From Candidatus Kuenenia stuttgartensis (GTDB lineage: Bacteria > Planctomycetota > Brocadiia > Brocadiales > Brocadiaceae), in assembly GCF_900232105.1 (NCBI RefSeq), contig NZ_LT934425.1, positions 1,620,001 through 1,652,000 on the forward strand: a stretch of 32,000 bases of DNA. The letters run 5' to 3'. A program made the translations under genes and the position numbers. The first letter of the stretch is position 1; each line of letters starts with the position of its first letter. Shown piece by piece: positions 8,007 through 17,267 of the stretch. The notes below the pieces were generated by a model. The model was not told where the DNA came from, searched no databases, and saw only the letters and a list, made by a program, of their open reading frames with translations.

Positions 8007-8660
8007 TTACTGGAGAAAAGGATTATGTTGTTTCTCTTCTGCCAATGTGGTAGAGGGTCCATGTCCAGGATAGATGATTGTTTTTTCATCAAGGACAAGT
8101 AATTTATTTTTAATCGATTGTATAAGCGTTTCCTGGCTGCAACCCGGAAAATCCGTGCGGCCTATTCCGTTTTTAAAAAGACTGTCTCCGGAAAACAATA
8201 CGGGAGGTTGCCCCTTTTCCGGATCTTTACGATAAAGGCATATTCCACCTGGTGTGTGGCCCGGGGTGTGAATTACTTCAAAAATGCATTTACCGGCAGA
8301 GATGGTATCACCCTCTTTCAGTGTACGGTCTGCATATGGAGACCGCACGGTTGCACCGCCATAAAAAGCGGCAAGGATCGAGAGGTTTTTCGCAGGGTAA
8401 GGCAGCATGTCATGGTCTTTTTCATGAACGCAAATCTGCAATTCAGGAAAGGCCTCTTTCAATGAGGCGTTTGCCCCAATATGATCTCCATGTCCATGGG
8501 TAATTACGACATGTTTCGGGAGCAGTTTCAATGCATTAATAAATGCAATAATTTTTTCCGGGTCGGCGCCAGGGTCAACAATCAACGCTTCAGCAGAAAC
8601 ATCATACACAATATAAGTACATACCTGCAATGGACCTACCGTTATCTTTCTGATAATCAT
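8007..8660 (-). CDS. MBL-fold metallo-hydrolase (hydroxyacylglutathione hydrolase-like)
   Basis: 217 aa: ITHGHGDHIGAN, VIHTPGHTPGGICLY, FSGDSLFKNGIGRTDFPG and IIYPGHGPSTTLAEEK. Confidence 0.92.
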   Translation of the reverse strand: MIIRKITVGPLQVCTYIVYDVSAEALIVDPGADPEKIIAFINALKLLPKHVVITHGHGDHIGANASLKEAFPELQICVHEKDHDMLPYPAKNLSILAAFYGGATVRSPYADRTLKEGDTISAGKCIFEVIHTPGHTPGGICLYRKDPEKGQPPVLFSGDSLFKNGIGRTDFPGCSQETLIQSIKNKLLVLDEKTIIYPGHGPSTTLAEEKQHNPFLQ

Positions 8661-8666
8661 TTTTGA

Positions 8667-9857
8667 TTATTTATTGCTTAAATAATCTTCTATCAGCGTC
8701 TTTAGTTCCTTCACGCTTTCGCTTTTCCACAACCCGATAATCTTTCTTTCCCGTTCCGCATTCTCCACAGAATCCGAGGCATGGGCGGCATTTTTCATGA
8801 TATCCTCCCCATAGATTCTGCGCACCTTGCCCGGCTCGCCTTTTTTCGAGTCGGTAGGCCCCAAAATATTTCTTATTTCATTGATTGCATTCGGCCCGCG
8901 ATACAAAAGGGCAAGGCAGCGGGCGGTACCGGGATTTTTTTTCTCCGCTTCTGTTGCCTTTGCCACGTCCAGTCCCGTCATGTAATGCACAATTTTATTG
9001 AATTCGTGTTTTGCATTTATCCCTTTTAACTGCTCTGTTAATTGCGTTGCATGTTCATTAATCGTCACATCCGGGATTTCAAAAGAGAAAATGGACTTGA
9101 GACCTTCTCTAAGCTGCGCCGCAATTTTCTCGGGTTTGGGCTTTAGCTTTTCTTCAAATATGCCCACCAGCGGACCGTAAAACTCTTCCGCCTGGGCGAT
9201 GCTCATCGACAACAATTTTATGCCCACGATAAACAAACCCGTTCTCGAAAACATATCAATGATATTGCCAGGTAACGGGCTTTGCTTCTCAAAAGGTTTT
9301 AATATTACCAATGTTGTTTCCGGCTTTGCCCCTTCGGAAAATGAAACAATATTTTCCAGAATTCCGCCGTCGTTTGTTAAATAATCCGTAAATAATTTCA
9401 ATTGTTTTTTGTTAGAGTTATGGTCGGCGGCAGTCAAAACCGCAGGTTCAAAATACTCAACCGTACCGTCAGAACGTTCTATGTAATCGCCAAAACTGCC
9501 GCGGATAGTATGCCCCTGAAAACTTGAAATAGGGCCAATTACATCGTCTTTTAATTTTTTAATGGCATTATGTCCTTTAAAGAACAGCAGCACCGCCCTG
9601 TTGGTAATGCCAAACTTGTTTCCCTTTCTCAGGCTGCTGTTAATATAATTAATCATAACCTCTTTCCACGAGGACTTTCCTTCCTGTTCACCGATGGTTT
9701 CGCAATATTTCTCAACAAACTCATCGCCAGGAGCAAACATTGTCGCCCCGATAACTTCAAGATTTGATAATGAGAGCAACCGGCCCAAAATACCACCCGT
9801 GCGACTCTTTAAAAGACTGTAAGGCGTTATTAACGCATAGGTTAATTCTTCTTCCAT
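8667..9857 (-). CDS. Protein with two tandem nucleoside-diphosphate-kinase-like domains
   Basis: 396 aa. The second domain has TLVILKPFEKQ...ALLYRGPNAINEIRNILGPTDSKKGEPGKVRRIYG...KNAAHASDSVENAERE. The first domain has YALITPYSLLKSRTGGILGRLL...LLFFKGHNAIKKLKDDVIGP...IRGSFGDYI. Confidence 0.75.
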   Translation of the reverse strand: MEEELTYALITPYSLLKSRTGGILGRLLSLSNLEVIGATMFAPGDEFVEKYCETIGEQEGKSSWKEVMINYINSSLRKGNKFGITNRAVLLFFKGHNAIKKLKDDVIGPISSFQGHTIRGSFGDYIERSDGTVEYFEPAVLTAADHNSNKKQLKLFTDYLTNDGGILENIVSFSEGAKPETTLVILKPFEKQSPLPGNIIDMFSRTGLFIVGIKLLSMSIAQAEEFYGPLVGIFEEKLKPKPEKIAAQLREGLKSIFSFEIPDVTINEHATQLTEQLKGINAKHEFNKIVHYMTGLDVAKATEAEKKNPGTARCLALLYRGPNAINEIRNILGPTDSKKGEPGKVRRIYGEDIMKNAAHASDSVENAERERKIIGLWKSESVKELKTLIEDYLSNK

Positions 9858-10052
9858 AGTGGCGTATATTCTCCGACAACAAGTAATGAATCAAAGTATT
9901 ATAAAAGGCTAAATGATAACACAATAAGGATATTTGGTCAAATACTTTCAATCGTACGGATAGAGACACAAAATAAGGGGTTTTGTGTCGTTGACTCACA
10001 GTATATGAGGTGATACACTTTTATGACTGCAACTTTTTTACAAAACTACGTA

Positions 10053-10166
10053 GGGGCGAAGCATTTGCCTGCATAGGGAAGGGAAGGAAGGGTTAAATGC
10101 TGCACATGCATCAACCTTGTTATGGGGAACGTGTTATACACTGTACGCAGGCAAATGCTTCGCCCC
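10053..10166. repeat. Small inverted-repeat element (MITE/REP-like), intergenic
   Basis: Perfect 20-bp inverted repeats ggggcgaagcatttgcctgc (10053..10072) and gcaggcaaatgcttcgcccc (10147..10166). Confidence 0.75.
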
Positions 10167-10219
10167 CGGTCTGTAATGTTTTCGAAAATAGATTTGTTTA
10201 CCTATACGATATTTCCTGA

Positions 10220-11614
10220 ATGTCGGTTAATATGATTGCCCGAAATACCCTATGCTTACGATCATACGAAGAGGCGTGTGCTTTTCTCAATACGTCTCTC
10301 GACTATGAAAAGTTAATCAGTTACCAATATAATACTTCGACCTTCAATCTGGACAGGATGGTTCGCCTGCTTGAACAAGTTGGTAATCCGCACAGGGAAT
10401 TTTCCTCCCTCCATATAACAGGCACAAAAGGAAAAGGGTCTACGGCAATTATGTTGTCAACCGTCCTTCAGCGTGCCGGTTATAAAACCGGACTTTTCAC
10501 TTCCCCCCATTTAACAAACCTTAAAGAACGAATTCAGTTAAATCATACGAAGATACCCGAAGAGGATTTTACCGCAGCATTAAATGTCCTCGTGCCAGAT
10601 ATTCAGCGATTGAGAAATACTACTCCTGCAGAATCGCCTACGTTTTTTGAAACGCTTACGGCGATATGCTTCCTTTATTTTAAAGAAAAACAGGCGGAGA
10701 TGGCCGTTCTGGAGGTGGGAATGGGGGGGCGCTTAGATGCTACCAATGTAGTACTACCGCTCGTATCGGTTATTACCAACATCGGTCTCGACCATGTCAA
10801 TATTCTGGGAAACACTATCCCCCGCATAGCCTACGAAAAAGCTGGAATTATTAAAAAAGGCATACCGGTAATCTCTGCTGCAGAAAAACCGGAAGCCCTT
10901 TCTGTGATAAAAGAGGTCTGTATGGAAAAAGGAGCACCACTCTATCTACTGGGCAAAGATATCAGGATAGACGACGCACAGCCCTATACAAATAAGAACT
11001 CAAGGGGTTTGCTGTGTAATATAAAAACATGGCAAGGCGTATACGGGAATCTGTTTATTCCACTCATGGGAATACATCAGGCAAAAAACTGCGCGATGGC
11101 ATTGGGGGCATTGGATGTCCTGCGTGAGCATGGCAAAATCTCAATCGACAACGAAACCATACGTGAGGCGTTTACCCACGTACGTTGTCCCGGGAGAATA
11201 GAGGTTCTTGGGGAAACACCATTGATCGTACTGGATTTTGCCCATACCGTGGAATCAATGGCGGCATTGCGGGAGACCCTATTTGAACATTTCACGTTCA
11301 ATAAACTGGTTGTCATATTAGGATTTTCACAGGATAAGGACATAGACAACATTCTCCGAGAGATTGTGCCTTGCGCAAATGATATTTTCGTTACAAAGAG
11401 CACGAACTCCCGCGCCGTGCCGCCCGAAGAATTAGCCAAAAAGATAAAGGCCGTCTATGGAAAAAGGGCGGAGATATGCAATAGCGCCAGAGATGCGGTA
11501 ATTGCAGCGCAACATGCCGCCTCCCCTGACGATTTACTCTGTATTACCGGATCGGCATACATCGCAGGCGAAGTGAGGCAGGAATTGGCCCATCAAAATA
11601 TTGCCAGAGCATAA
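10220..11614 (+). CDS. folC: Bifunctional folylpolyglutamate synthase/dihydrofolate synthase
   Basis: 464 aa: ITGTKGKGSTAIMLSTVLQRAGYKTGLFTSPHL, VLEVGMGGRLDATNVV and DFAHTVESM. Confidence 0.93.
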   Translation: MSVNMIARNTLCLRSYEEACAFLNTSLDYEKLISYQYNTSTFNLDRMVRLLEQVGNPHREFSSLHITGTKGKGSTAIMLSTVLQRAGYKTGLFTSPHLTNLKERIQLNHTKIPEEDFTAALNVLVPDIQRLRNTTPAESPTFFETLTAICFLYFKEKQAEMAVLEVGMGGRLDATNVVLPLVSVITNIGLDHVNILGNTIPRIAYEKAGIIKKGIPVISAAEKPEALSVIKEVCMEKGAPLYLLGKDIRIDDAQPYTNKNSRGLLCNIKTWQGVYGNLFIPLMGIHQAKNCAMALGALDVLREHGKISIDNETIREAFTHVRCPGRIEVLGETPLIVLDFAHTVESMAALRETLFEHFTFNKLVVILGFSQDKDIDNILREIVPCANDIFVTKSTNSRAVPPEELAKKIKAVYGKRAEICNSARDAVIAAQHAASPDDLLCITGSAYIAGEVRQELAHQNIARA

Positions 11615-11638
11615 CAATAAAAATATAGTCAGCAAATA

Positions 11639-12952
11639 ATGAATATCCAGTTATCTCATGAAACAATTGCCGCAATTGTGACTCCCATTGGCGAAGGGGG
11701 CATTGGCAAGATAGTTGTTTCCGGGCCTAAGGCTTTAAATATGGCGAATGACATCTTTGAAGGGAAACACATAAAAGACCTTTGCAATGCGGAAAACGGC
11801 AAACTTTACTACGGCCATATCGTCAGTGGCAATCAAAGGATCGACGAGGTTATTTTAAATGTAGAAAAACAAGGGAACAGTTTCACCGGCGAAGACGTGG
11901 TTGAAATAAATTGCCACGGCGGCATTCGGATTCTCATGCGGGTATATGAGCTGATTGTTTCACATGGGGCAAAAAAAGAAACATGGGAAGGGCTGGCAGC
12001 ACAGGCGCTCGAAAACGACCAAATAGATGCTATTCAAAAGGAGGCGTTGCCGGAACTTGTTGCGGCACGCACAAAACTATGCGCAAAAGTGCTTTTAGAC
12101 CAATACAACGGCGCATTGTCAAAAACGCTTCACAAATGCATGGACATTACAAAACAAATGGAATGCGCCTCCGCAGAAGGGCACAATACAGAGGAAGAAG
12201 TCATTTTCCCTTTAAAAGAACTGACGCACAGCATTGACGCCCTGCTCAATACCGCCCCGTTCGGCATGGCATTAATATCCCCGCAGGCTATTGTAATCCT
12301 TGGCAAGCCCAATGTCGGAAAATCAACACTGATGAACGCTGTACTCGGCGAAGAACAAATGATTGTGCACCATGAACCCGGAACAACGCGTGATTACGCA
12401 AGCGAATATATCTCTATCGAAGATATCCCCTTTGAAATTGTAGATACCGCAGGCATAAGAAAGACAGAAGATACCGTGGAATCCATGAGTATTGAAATGA
12501 CGCGGGAACAGCTTGGACGCGCGGACAAGGTGCTTGCTATATTTGATAATTCAAAGCCCCTCGATCATGAGGATAGGGAGATATTAGATGCATTGAAATC
12601 GTGGAAAATGGCAAAAGCATACGAAAGGCAGCGTGCGTACACCATCATTCCATTGATAAATAAAACCGACCTTCCCGCTCAATTAGACACAAAGATCATT
12701 GAATCGGAAATCGCATCTCCGGTATATTACATTTCCGCCCAAAAAAAGGAAGGCCTGGACGTTGTCTATGAAAAACTTGTGGAGGAGTTTAACACCTGCT
12801 ATCATCCCGGAACGCCCGTCGTGTTTAACAAAAGACAGTTTCATTTACTCTCGGGAGCACGCCGGATGCTGGAAACAGCCGCATTCAGCGCTGCAACAAT
12901 ACAGGAATTAAGGAATATTTTTAACGAATGTTTGCGGGGAGCCATTTATTGA
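11639..12952 (+). CDS. Divergent MnmE/TrmE-like GTPase
   Basis: 437 aa. N-terminal TIAAIVTPIGEGGIGKIVVSGP and FTGEDVVEINCHGG are MnmE-like. G-domain GKPNVGKST, DTAG and NKTD are present. The canonical PGEFTKRAFLNGKLDL and C-terminal C-I-G-K motifs are missing. Confidence 0.85.
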   Translation: MNIQLSHETIAAIVTPIGEGGIGKIVVSGPKALNMANDIFEGKHIKDLCNAENGKLYYGHIVSGNQRIDEVILNVEKQGNSFTGEDVVEINCHGGIRILMRVYELIVSHGAKKETWEGLAAQALENDQIDAIQKEALPELVAARTKLCAKVLLDQYNGALSKTLHKCMDITKQMECASAEGHNTEEEVIFPLKELTHSIDALLNTAPFGMALISPQAIVILGKPNVGKSTLMNAVLGEEQMIVHHEPGTTRDYASEYISIEDIPFEIVDTAGIRKTEDTVESMSIEMTREQLGRADKVLAIFDNSKPLDHEDREILDALKSWKMAKAYERQRAYTIIPLINKTDLPAQLDTKIIESEIASPVYYISAQKKEGLDVVYEKLVEEFNTCYHPGTPVVFNKRQFHLLSGARRMLETAAFSAATIQELRNIFNECLRGAIY

Positions 12953-15329
12953 ATTTTCTGGTAAATTTTGTGCCTGCTACCGTAGAAAGCAGTATAACGA
13001 GAGAACTTACAGGCATAAGTATTGCCGCAACAAGGGGCGAGATAACGCCGAAAAGAGCGGCTATTCCACCGGCAAAGTTATAAAGAAAGGAAATGACAAG
13101 GTTTCTCTTGATAATAGAGATAGTGTTTTTGCTTAATAAAATCAGGTCTAAAACAGGAGAAACCCCCTCCTTCGCTGAATAGATGTCCGCAGCGACCAAA
13201 CTCGCCGCTACGCTGCCCTGAACGGCAATGCCAATGGAGCAGGATGACATGGCAAGGGCGTCGTTTACTCCATCACCTACCATAAGAGCATTTGAAACTT
13301 TATTGACGATCGTGCTTTTCTCTTCCGGTGAAACCCCTGCATAGAGAGAGTCATCTGCCAGCCCTAGTTTTTTTGCAACATTCCGCACCGTGGAGTCGTT
13401 GTCCCCTGAAACTATATGTGGTTTTATGCCTGATTTTTTTAATGCAGTTATTGTTTCTTTTGCATCTTTGCGAAGTTTGTCCCCTAAACAGGCATAGGCA
13501 ACAAGCAATTCATTCCGGTATATAGCAACGGTACTGGCTATAATGCCGGAATCGTCATTGCCGTCATCAGGTAATGCGGAAATTAATTTATAATGATTAT
13601 CTTCAACTGTTCCTGAAATACCCTTCCCTGGAATTTCCTTTAAAGAACAAACAGGCAATTTCACATCACAGACTTTTTCAAGTTGCTTTACCAACGCCCT
13701 TGCAATGGGATGCGGAGAATGTGTTTCGATTGAATATATAGCATTAAGGGTTATGGTATCGGGCATAAAATTAACAAACTCGCCAGACTGAGGAGATTTC
13801 CATTTTAAGAACTCAAATTGCCCTTGTGTAATGGTTCCTGTTTTGTCAAAAAAAACGTTTTTGACCCTGCTTAGTTTTTCAAGTGATTCGGCATTTTTTA
13901 TCAGATACCCCTTTTTTGAGGCTTTTTTTAAGGATAGGCTTTGCGTCAGCGGCGTTGCAAATGCTAAGGCGCAGGGACATGCAAGTATGATGAGGGCAAG
14001 CGTTCGTCTTACCGCTTCGGCAATGTCAATAACGCTGTAAAATAAGAAGAACAGCATTCCCAACGAGAGGATGAAGATCGTAAAATAGTGGGCAGCCTTG
14101 TCCGTCAGTGAAATTAAGGGTGTTTTGTTGTAGATTTGCTCCTCAACCTTTTTTAATATCCTTCCGATGCGGCTGCCACCGGTTGTATGTTCTATAAGAA
14201 TTTCTGCGTATCCGGAAACCACCTGTGTTCCGGCATAGATTTTTGCCCCTTTGAAAAGTTTTTGCGGAAGGCTTTCGCCTGTCAAAACAGAGGGATTTAT
14301 ATTAACCCAATCATTTATCATTTCCCCATCTGCCGGGATACGTTCTCCTTCGTTAACAAGGATTTTATCGCCGGCATTTAAATGGCTGGCAGACACCTTT
14401 TCATAGGCATGGCGGCCCTCGTTCCATCTCCGGCATATTTGTGCTTCAAAAAATGATAATAAACAGGAACTATTTAAAAATTTCTGTTGTGTCCTGTTCA
14501 GAAGATATCTGCTTGCCAATAACAGAAAAATTAATACGGAAAGCGAATCGAAATAAAGATCCTGACGCCCCTGAATCAGATGAAGCAGGCTTAAAACAAA
14601 ACCTATGACCACCGCAAGCACAATGGGCAAATCGATGCTTGGCCGCCACGCCCGGAAAGACCTCCATAAATTTACGTAAAACGGCCTGGCGCAGTAAAAG
14701 AGCACAGGAAGAAAAAATGCCAGGTTTATATACTGAAACACCTGAGCCATAGGGCCCGTCAGCCCGGAATAAATGGCGAACGAGTAGAGCATAATACTGC
14801 CCGCGCAGGCGCCTGCAACGCCTAGCCTCATTAACTGCCTGTGGTTTTCCTTTTTCTGGAAATGCCTTGCTTCGCCGGTATTCCTGATCGGATATGTTTT
14901 ATAGCCTAACGCCGCAAGGGTGGATACCACTTTTCCGAAAAACCCCGGGCTCTTTAGCGACACAAATAAGGTATTTTGGCTCATGTTCAAATGAACAGTT
15001 TCAACCTCTGGAATCCAATAGGGAATCTGATCGATGATCCATAGGCAGGAGGTGCATTGCACCCCTTCGACAAAAAATCTCATGCCTTGCCTGCCATCCT
15101 GCAACACTGAATAGTCTCTTAAAAAAGATTCATTATCCAGAATATCATATTCGGAACTGCCAGCGTGAGGTTTGTTTATGAGTGAGAAATGTTCTTTTTT
15201 AAGAATTGAATAAACGGTTTCGCATCCCCAGCAGCAAAAAATAACGCCGTTGGCATTTATAATGGCGTCTTCTTTTTTTGCAATGGTCTTGCCGCAATGT
15301 ACGCAGTCAGAATAGGAATATGGAGGCAC
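12921..15329 (-). CDS. Heavy-metal (probably copper) P-type ATPase, CcoI/FixI-like
   Basis: 802 aa: N-terminal CVHCG...FCCWGCETVY metal-binding region, HMA CTSC, CPCALAFATP, DKTGTITQG, and the C-terminal hinge MVGDGVNDA. Confidence 0.9.
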   Translation of the reverse strand: MPPYSYSDCVHCGKTIAKKEDAIINANGVIFCCWGCETVYSILKKEHFSLINKPHAGSSEYDILDNESFLRDYSVLQDGRQGMRFFVEGVQCTSCLWIIDQIPYWIPEVETVHLNMSQNTLFVSLKSPGFFGKVVSTLAALGYKTYPIRNTGEARHFQKKENHRQLMRLGVAGACAGSIMLYSFAIYSGLTGPMAQVFQYINLAFFLPVLFYCARPFYVNLWRSFRAWRPSIDLPIVLAVVIGFVLSLLHLIQGRQDLYFDSLSVLIFLLLASRYLLNRTQQKFLNSSCLLSFFEAQICRRWNEGRHAYEKVSASHLNAGDKILVNEGERIPADGEMINDWVNINPSVLTGESLPQKLFKGAKIYAGTQVVSGYAEILIEHTTGGSRIGRILKKVEEQIYNKTPLISLTDKAAHYFTIFILSLGMLFFLFYSVIDIAEAVRRTLALIILACPCALAFATPLTQSLSLKKASKKGYLIKNAESLEKLSRVKNVFFDKTGTITQGQFEFLKWKSPQSGEFVNFMPDTITLNAIYSIETHSPHPIARALVKQLEKVCDVKLPVCSLKEIPGKGISGTVEDNHYKLISALPDDGNDDSGIIASTVAIYRNELLVAYACLGDKLRKDAKETITALKKSGIKPHIVSGDNDSTVRNVAKKLGLADDSLYAGVSPEEKSTIVNKVSNALMVGDGVNDALAMSSCSIGIAVQGSVAASLVAADIYSAKEGVSPVLDLILLSKNTISIIKRNLVISFLYNFAGGIAALFGVISPLVAAILMPVSSLVILLSTVAGTKFTRKFNKWLPANIR

Positions 15330-15454
15330 ATCTACACCTTGGGGCAGGGATTGTTAGAATTTTATCCGTTAGGTAATATCGTGAACCATATTCAACAGAT
15401 TTGCAAACAGTATCTGAATCACAGGTAATAGTTCCGCCACTTCCATTAAACTAT

Positions 15455-15477
15455 CTAAGCTGGTACAGCCAGCTTAG
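15455..15477 (-). terminator. Hairpin directly downstream of the ArsB/NhaD-family gene
   Basis: CTAAGCTGG-tacag-CCAGCTTAG perfect 9-bp stem, 3 nt past the stop codon. No clear U-tract, so the terminator role is uncertain. Confidence 0.35.
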
Positions 15478-15480
15478 GGT

Positions 15481-16812
15481 TTAGATGAACACATAATATC
15501 TGACTACAACATAAATAGTCGCCAATACCAATGTTTCTAAAGTAATTGGTATTGAATAGATGAGAAATTTTCTGAAGGTTATCGGGTACCCTGCTTTTTC
15601 AGAAAGACCTATGGTAATAACATTTGCGGAGGCGCCAATGGGGGTACCGTTCCCACCAAGGCAAGCGCCCAACGCTAACGACCACCATACGGGCATAAGG
15701 GTTGGATGCTGAAGCACCGGCGTAATATCCCATCCTTGCGGCAATACCACCTCTGCCGTGTCCTTTACAAGTGGAATCATACTTGCAACAAAAGGAATAT
15801 TATCAACAATCGCCGAACCTATCGCGGAAAACCACAACAGGACAATCGATAACGTGAACATGCTTTCCACACCTGGCTGCGTCAGTGCAATCAATCCTTC
15901 AGAAAGCTTTGAAATAAGACCTACCTTTACAACGCCCCCCACAATAATAAAAAGTCCCATAAAAAAGAAAAGCGTAGACCACTCTAAATCCCGAAACACA
16001 TGGTGCACATCTTCCTTAGAAATGATCAGCAGCACAGCAGCGCCGACCAGTGCTATTGTCGCCGGCTCGTAATGAAATACCCCATGAAAAATAAATCCAA
16101 GGATAACCATGCCCAGCACGCCAAGTGATTTTTTTAATAAACCAACATCTTTAATTAAGGCATATTCGTCCATTGCAAGTATCTTCTGTCTTACGTCTTC
16201 CCTTACATGCATCTTTTTCGCAAAAAGAAACCGGACAGTCAGGAGAAATCCCCCGAATATGAAGAATACAGCAGGTGTTAAATGATAAATAAAATCCATA
16301 AAAGTCAGATGTACCTTACTGGCAATCATAATGTTGGGGGGGTCGCCAATAAGCGTTGCAGTACCGCCAATATTGCATGCCATAACCTCGGTAATCAAAA
16401 AAGGAAAGGGATCCAATTCCAACTCCTCCGCAATGAACAACGTTACGGGAATAAGAAGCAAAACACTGGTAACATTATCAAGAAACGCGGAAGCAACTGC
16501 CGTTATACAAGCAAAGAAAATGAGGATCAGAAACGGTTTCCCGCGCGCAAGTTTTGCTGATTTAATAGCAACAAATTGAAATATCCCTGTTTTCTTAAGG
16601 ATATTGACAATAATCATCATGCTTATTAGCAAAAATATTACATTATAATCTATAGCATAATGTTCCTCATAAAAGGCTTCATGTTGGCTGACAATCTTAA
16701 GGAGGATCATCAAACCTGCGCCAATGAGCGCCACTTTAGTTTTGTCGATCTTTTCAGAGACAATTAACCCGAAAGATACAAGGAATATGAGCGTCGCAAT
16801 CCAAAATACCAT
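15481..16812 (-). CDS. ArsB/NhaD-family (SLC13-like) ion transporter
   Basis: 443-aa polytopic protein: AFLDNVTSVLLLIPVTLFI, GGTATLIGDPPNIMIA, VDNIPFVASMIPL and GGNGTPIGASANVI. Confidence 0.88.
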   Translation of the reverse strand: MVFWIATLIFLVSFGLIVSEKIDKTKVALIGAGLMILLKIVSQHEAFYEEHYAIDYNVIFLLISMMIIVNILKKTGIFQFVAIKSAKLARGKPFLILIFFACITAVASAFLDNVTSVLLLIPVTLFIAEELELDPFPFLITEVMACNIGGTATLIGDPPNIMIASKVHLTFMDFIYHLTPAVFFIFGGFLLTVRFLFAKKMHVREDVRQKILAMDEYALIKDVGLLKKSLGVLGMVILGFIFHGVFHYEPATIALVGAAVLLIISKEDVHHVFRDLEWSTLFFFMGLFIIVGGVVKVGLISKLSEGLIALTQPGVESMFTLSIVLLWFSAIGSAIVDNIPFVASMIPLVKDTAEVVLPQGWDITPVLQHPTLMPVWWSLALGACLGGNGTPIGASANVITIGLSEKAGYPITFRKFLIYSIPITLETLVLATIYVVVRYYVFI

Positions 16813-17267
16813 ATTTTATTTCTCCATTATTTATCAAAGTAATTGATTATTAAACTCAAAAACGTAAAATAGGATATCATAAAAATCCTGATTTAAAAAC
16901 AGTAAAACCTGACAAAAATTCAGTTTTTAAACAGTACGTTAGTTTTTTGGAAAAAAGCTTCAACTTTTATGGTTATAACACATATCCCCGACAGGCGTTG
17001 GGGGGGGCATACTTCCAACATAAAAAAACATAGCAGATCCCGCATGTGCACGCTGTTACCCATCAATCATGACAATCCGTGCCTGCGAAGCCTTTTGGCA
17101 ACACCTTTTTTTAAAAACGGCATTGATACATACTTTGTGATTTCGTATTCTTGTAATACCGGTAAATTTCCGGCAGCGCAATGAAGTCCGTCTTCTGACC
17201 GTCTGTTTAGGTTTGCCCTGTGCGGCAAAGGTAAAAATGTATCTTTTAATAACTATGGTGATAAAAA

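Noticed and set aside
9757-9999. 80-aa minus-strand ORF upstream of the tandem NDK gene
   Set aside because: Out-of-frame overlap with the larger gene and low-complexity, unrecognisable sequence. Probably spurious.
16969-17184. 71-aa plus-strand ORF upstream of the ABC-F gene
   Set aside because: No recognisable similarity, and its composition is not convincingly coding.
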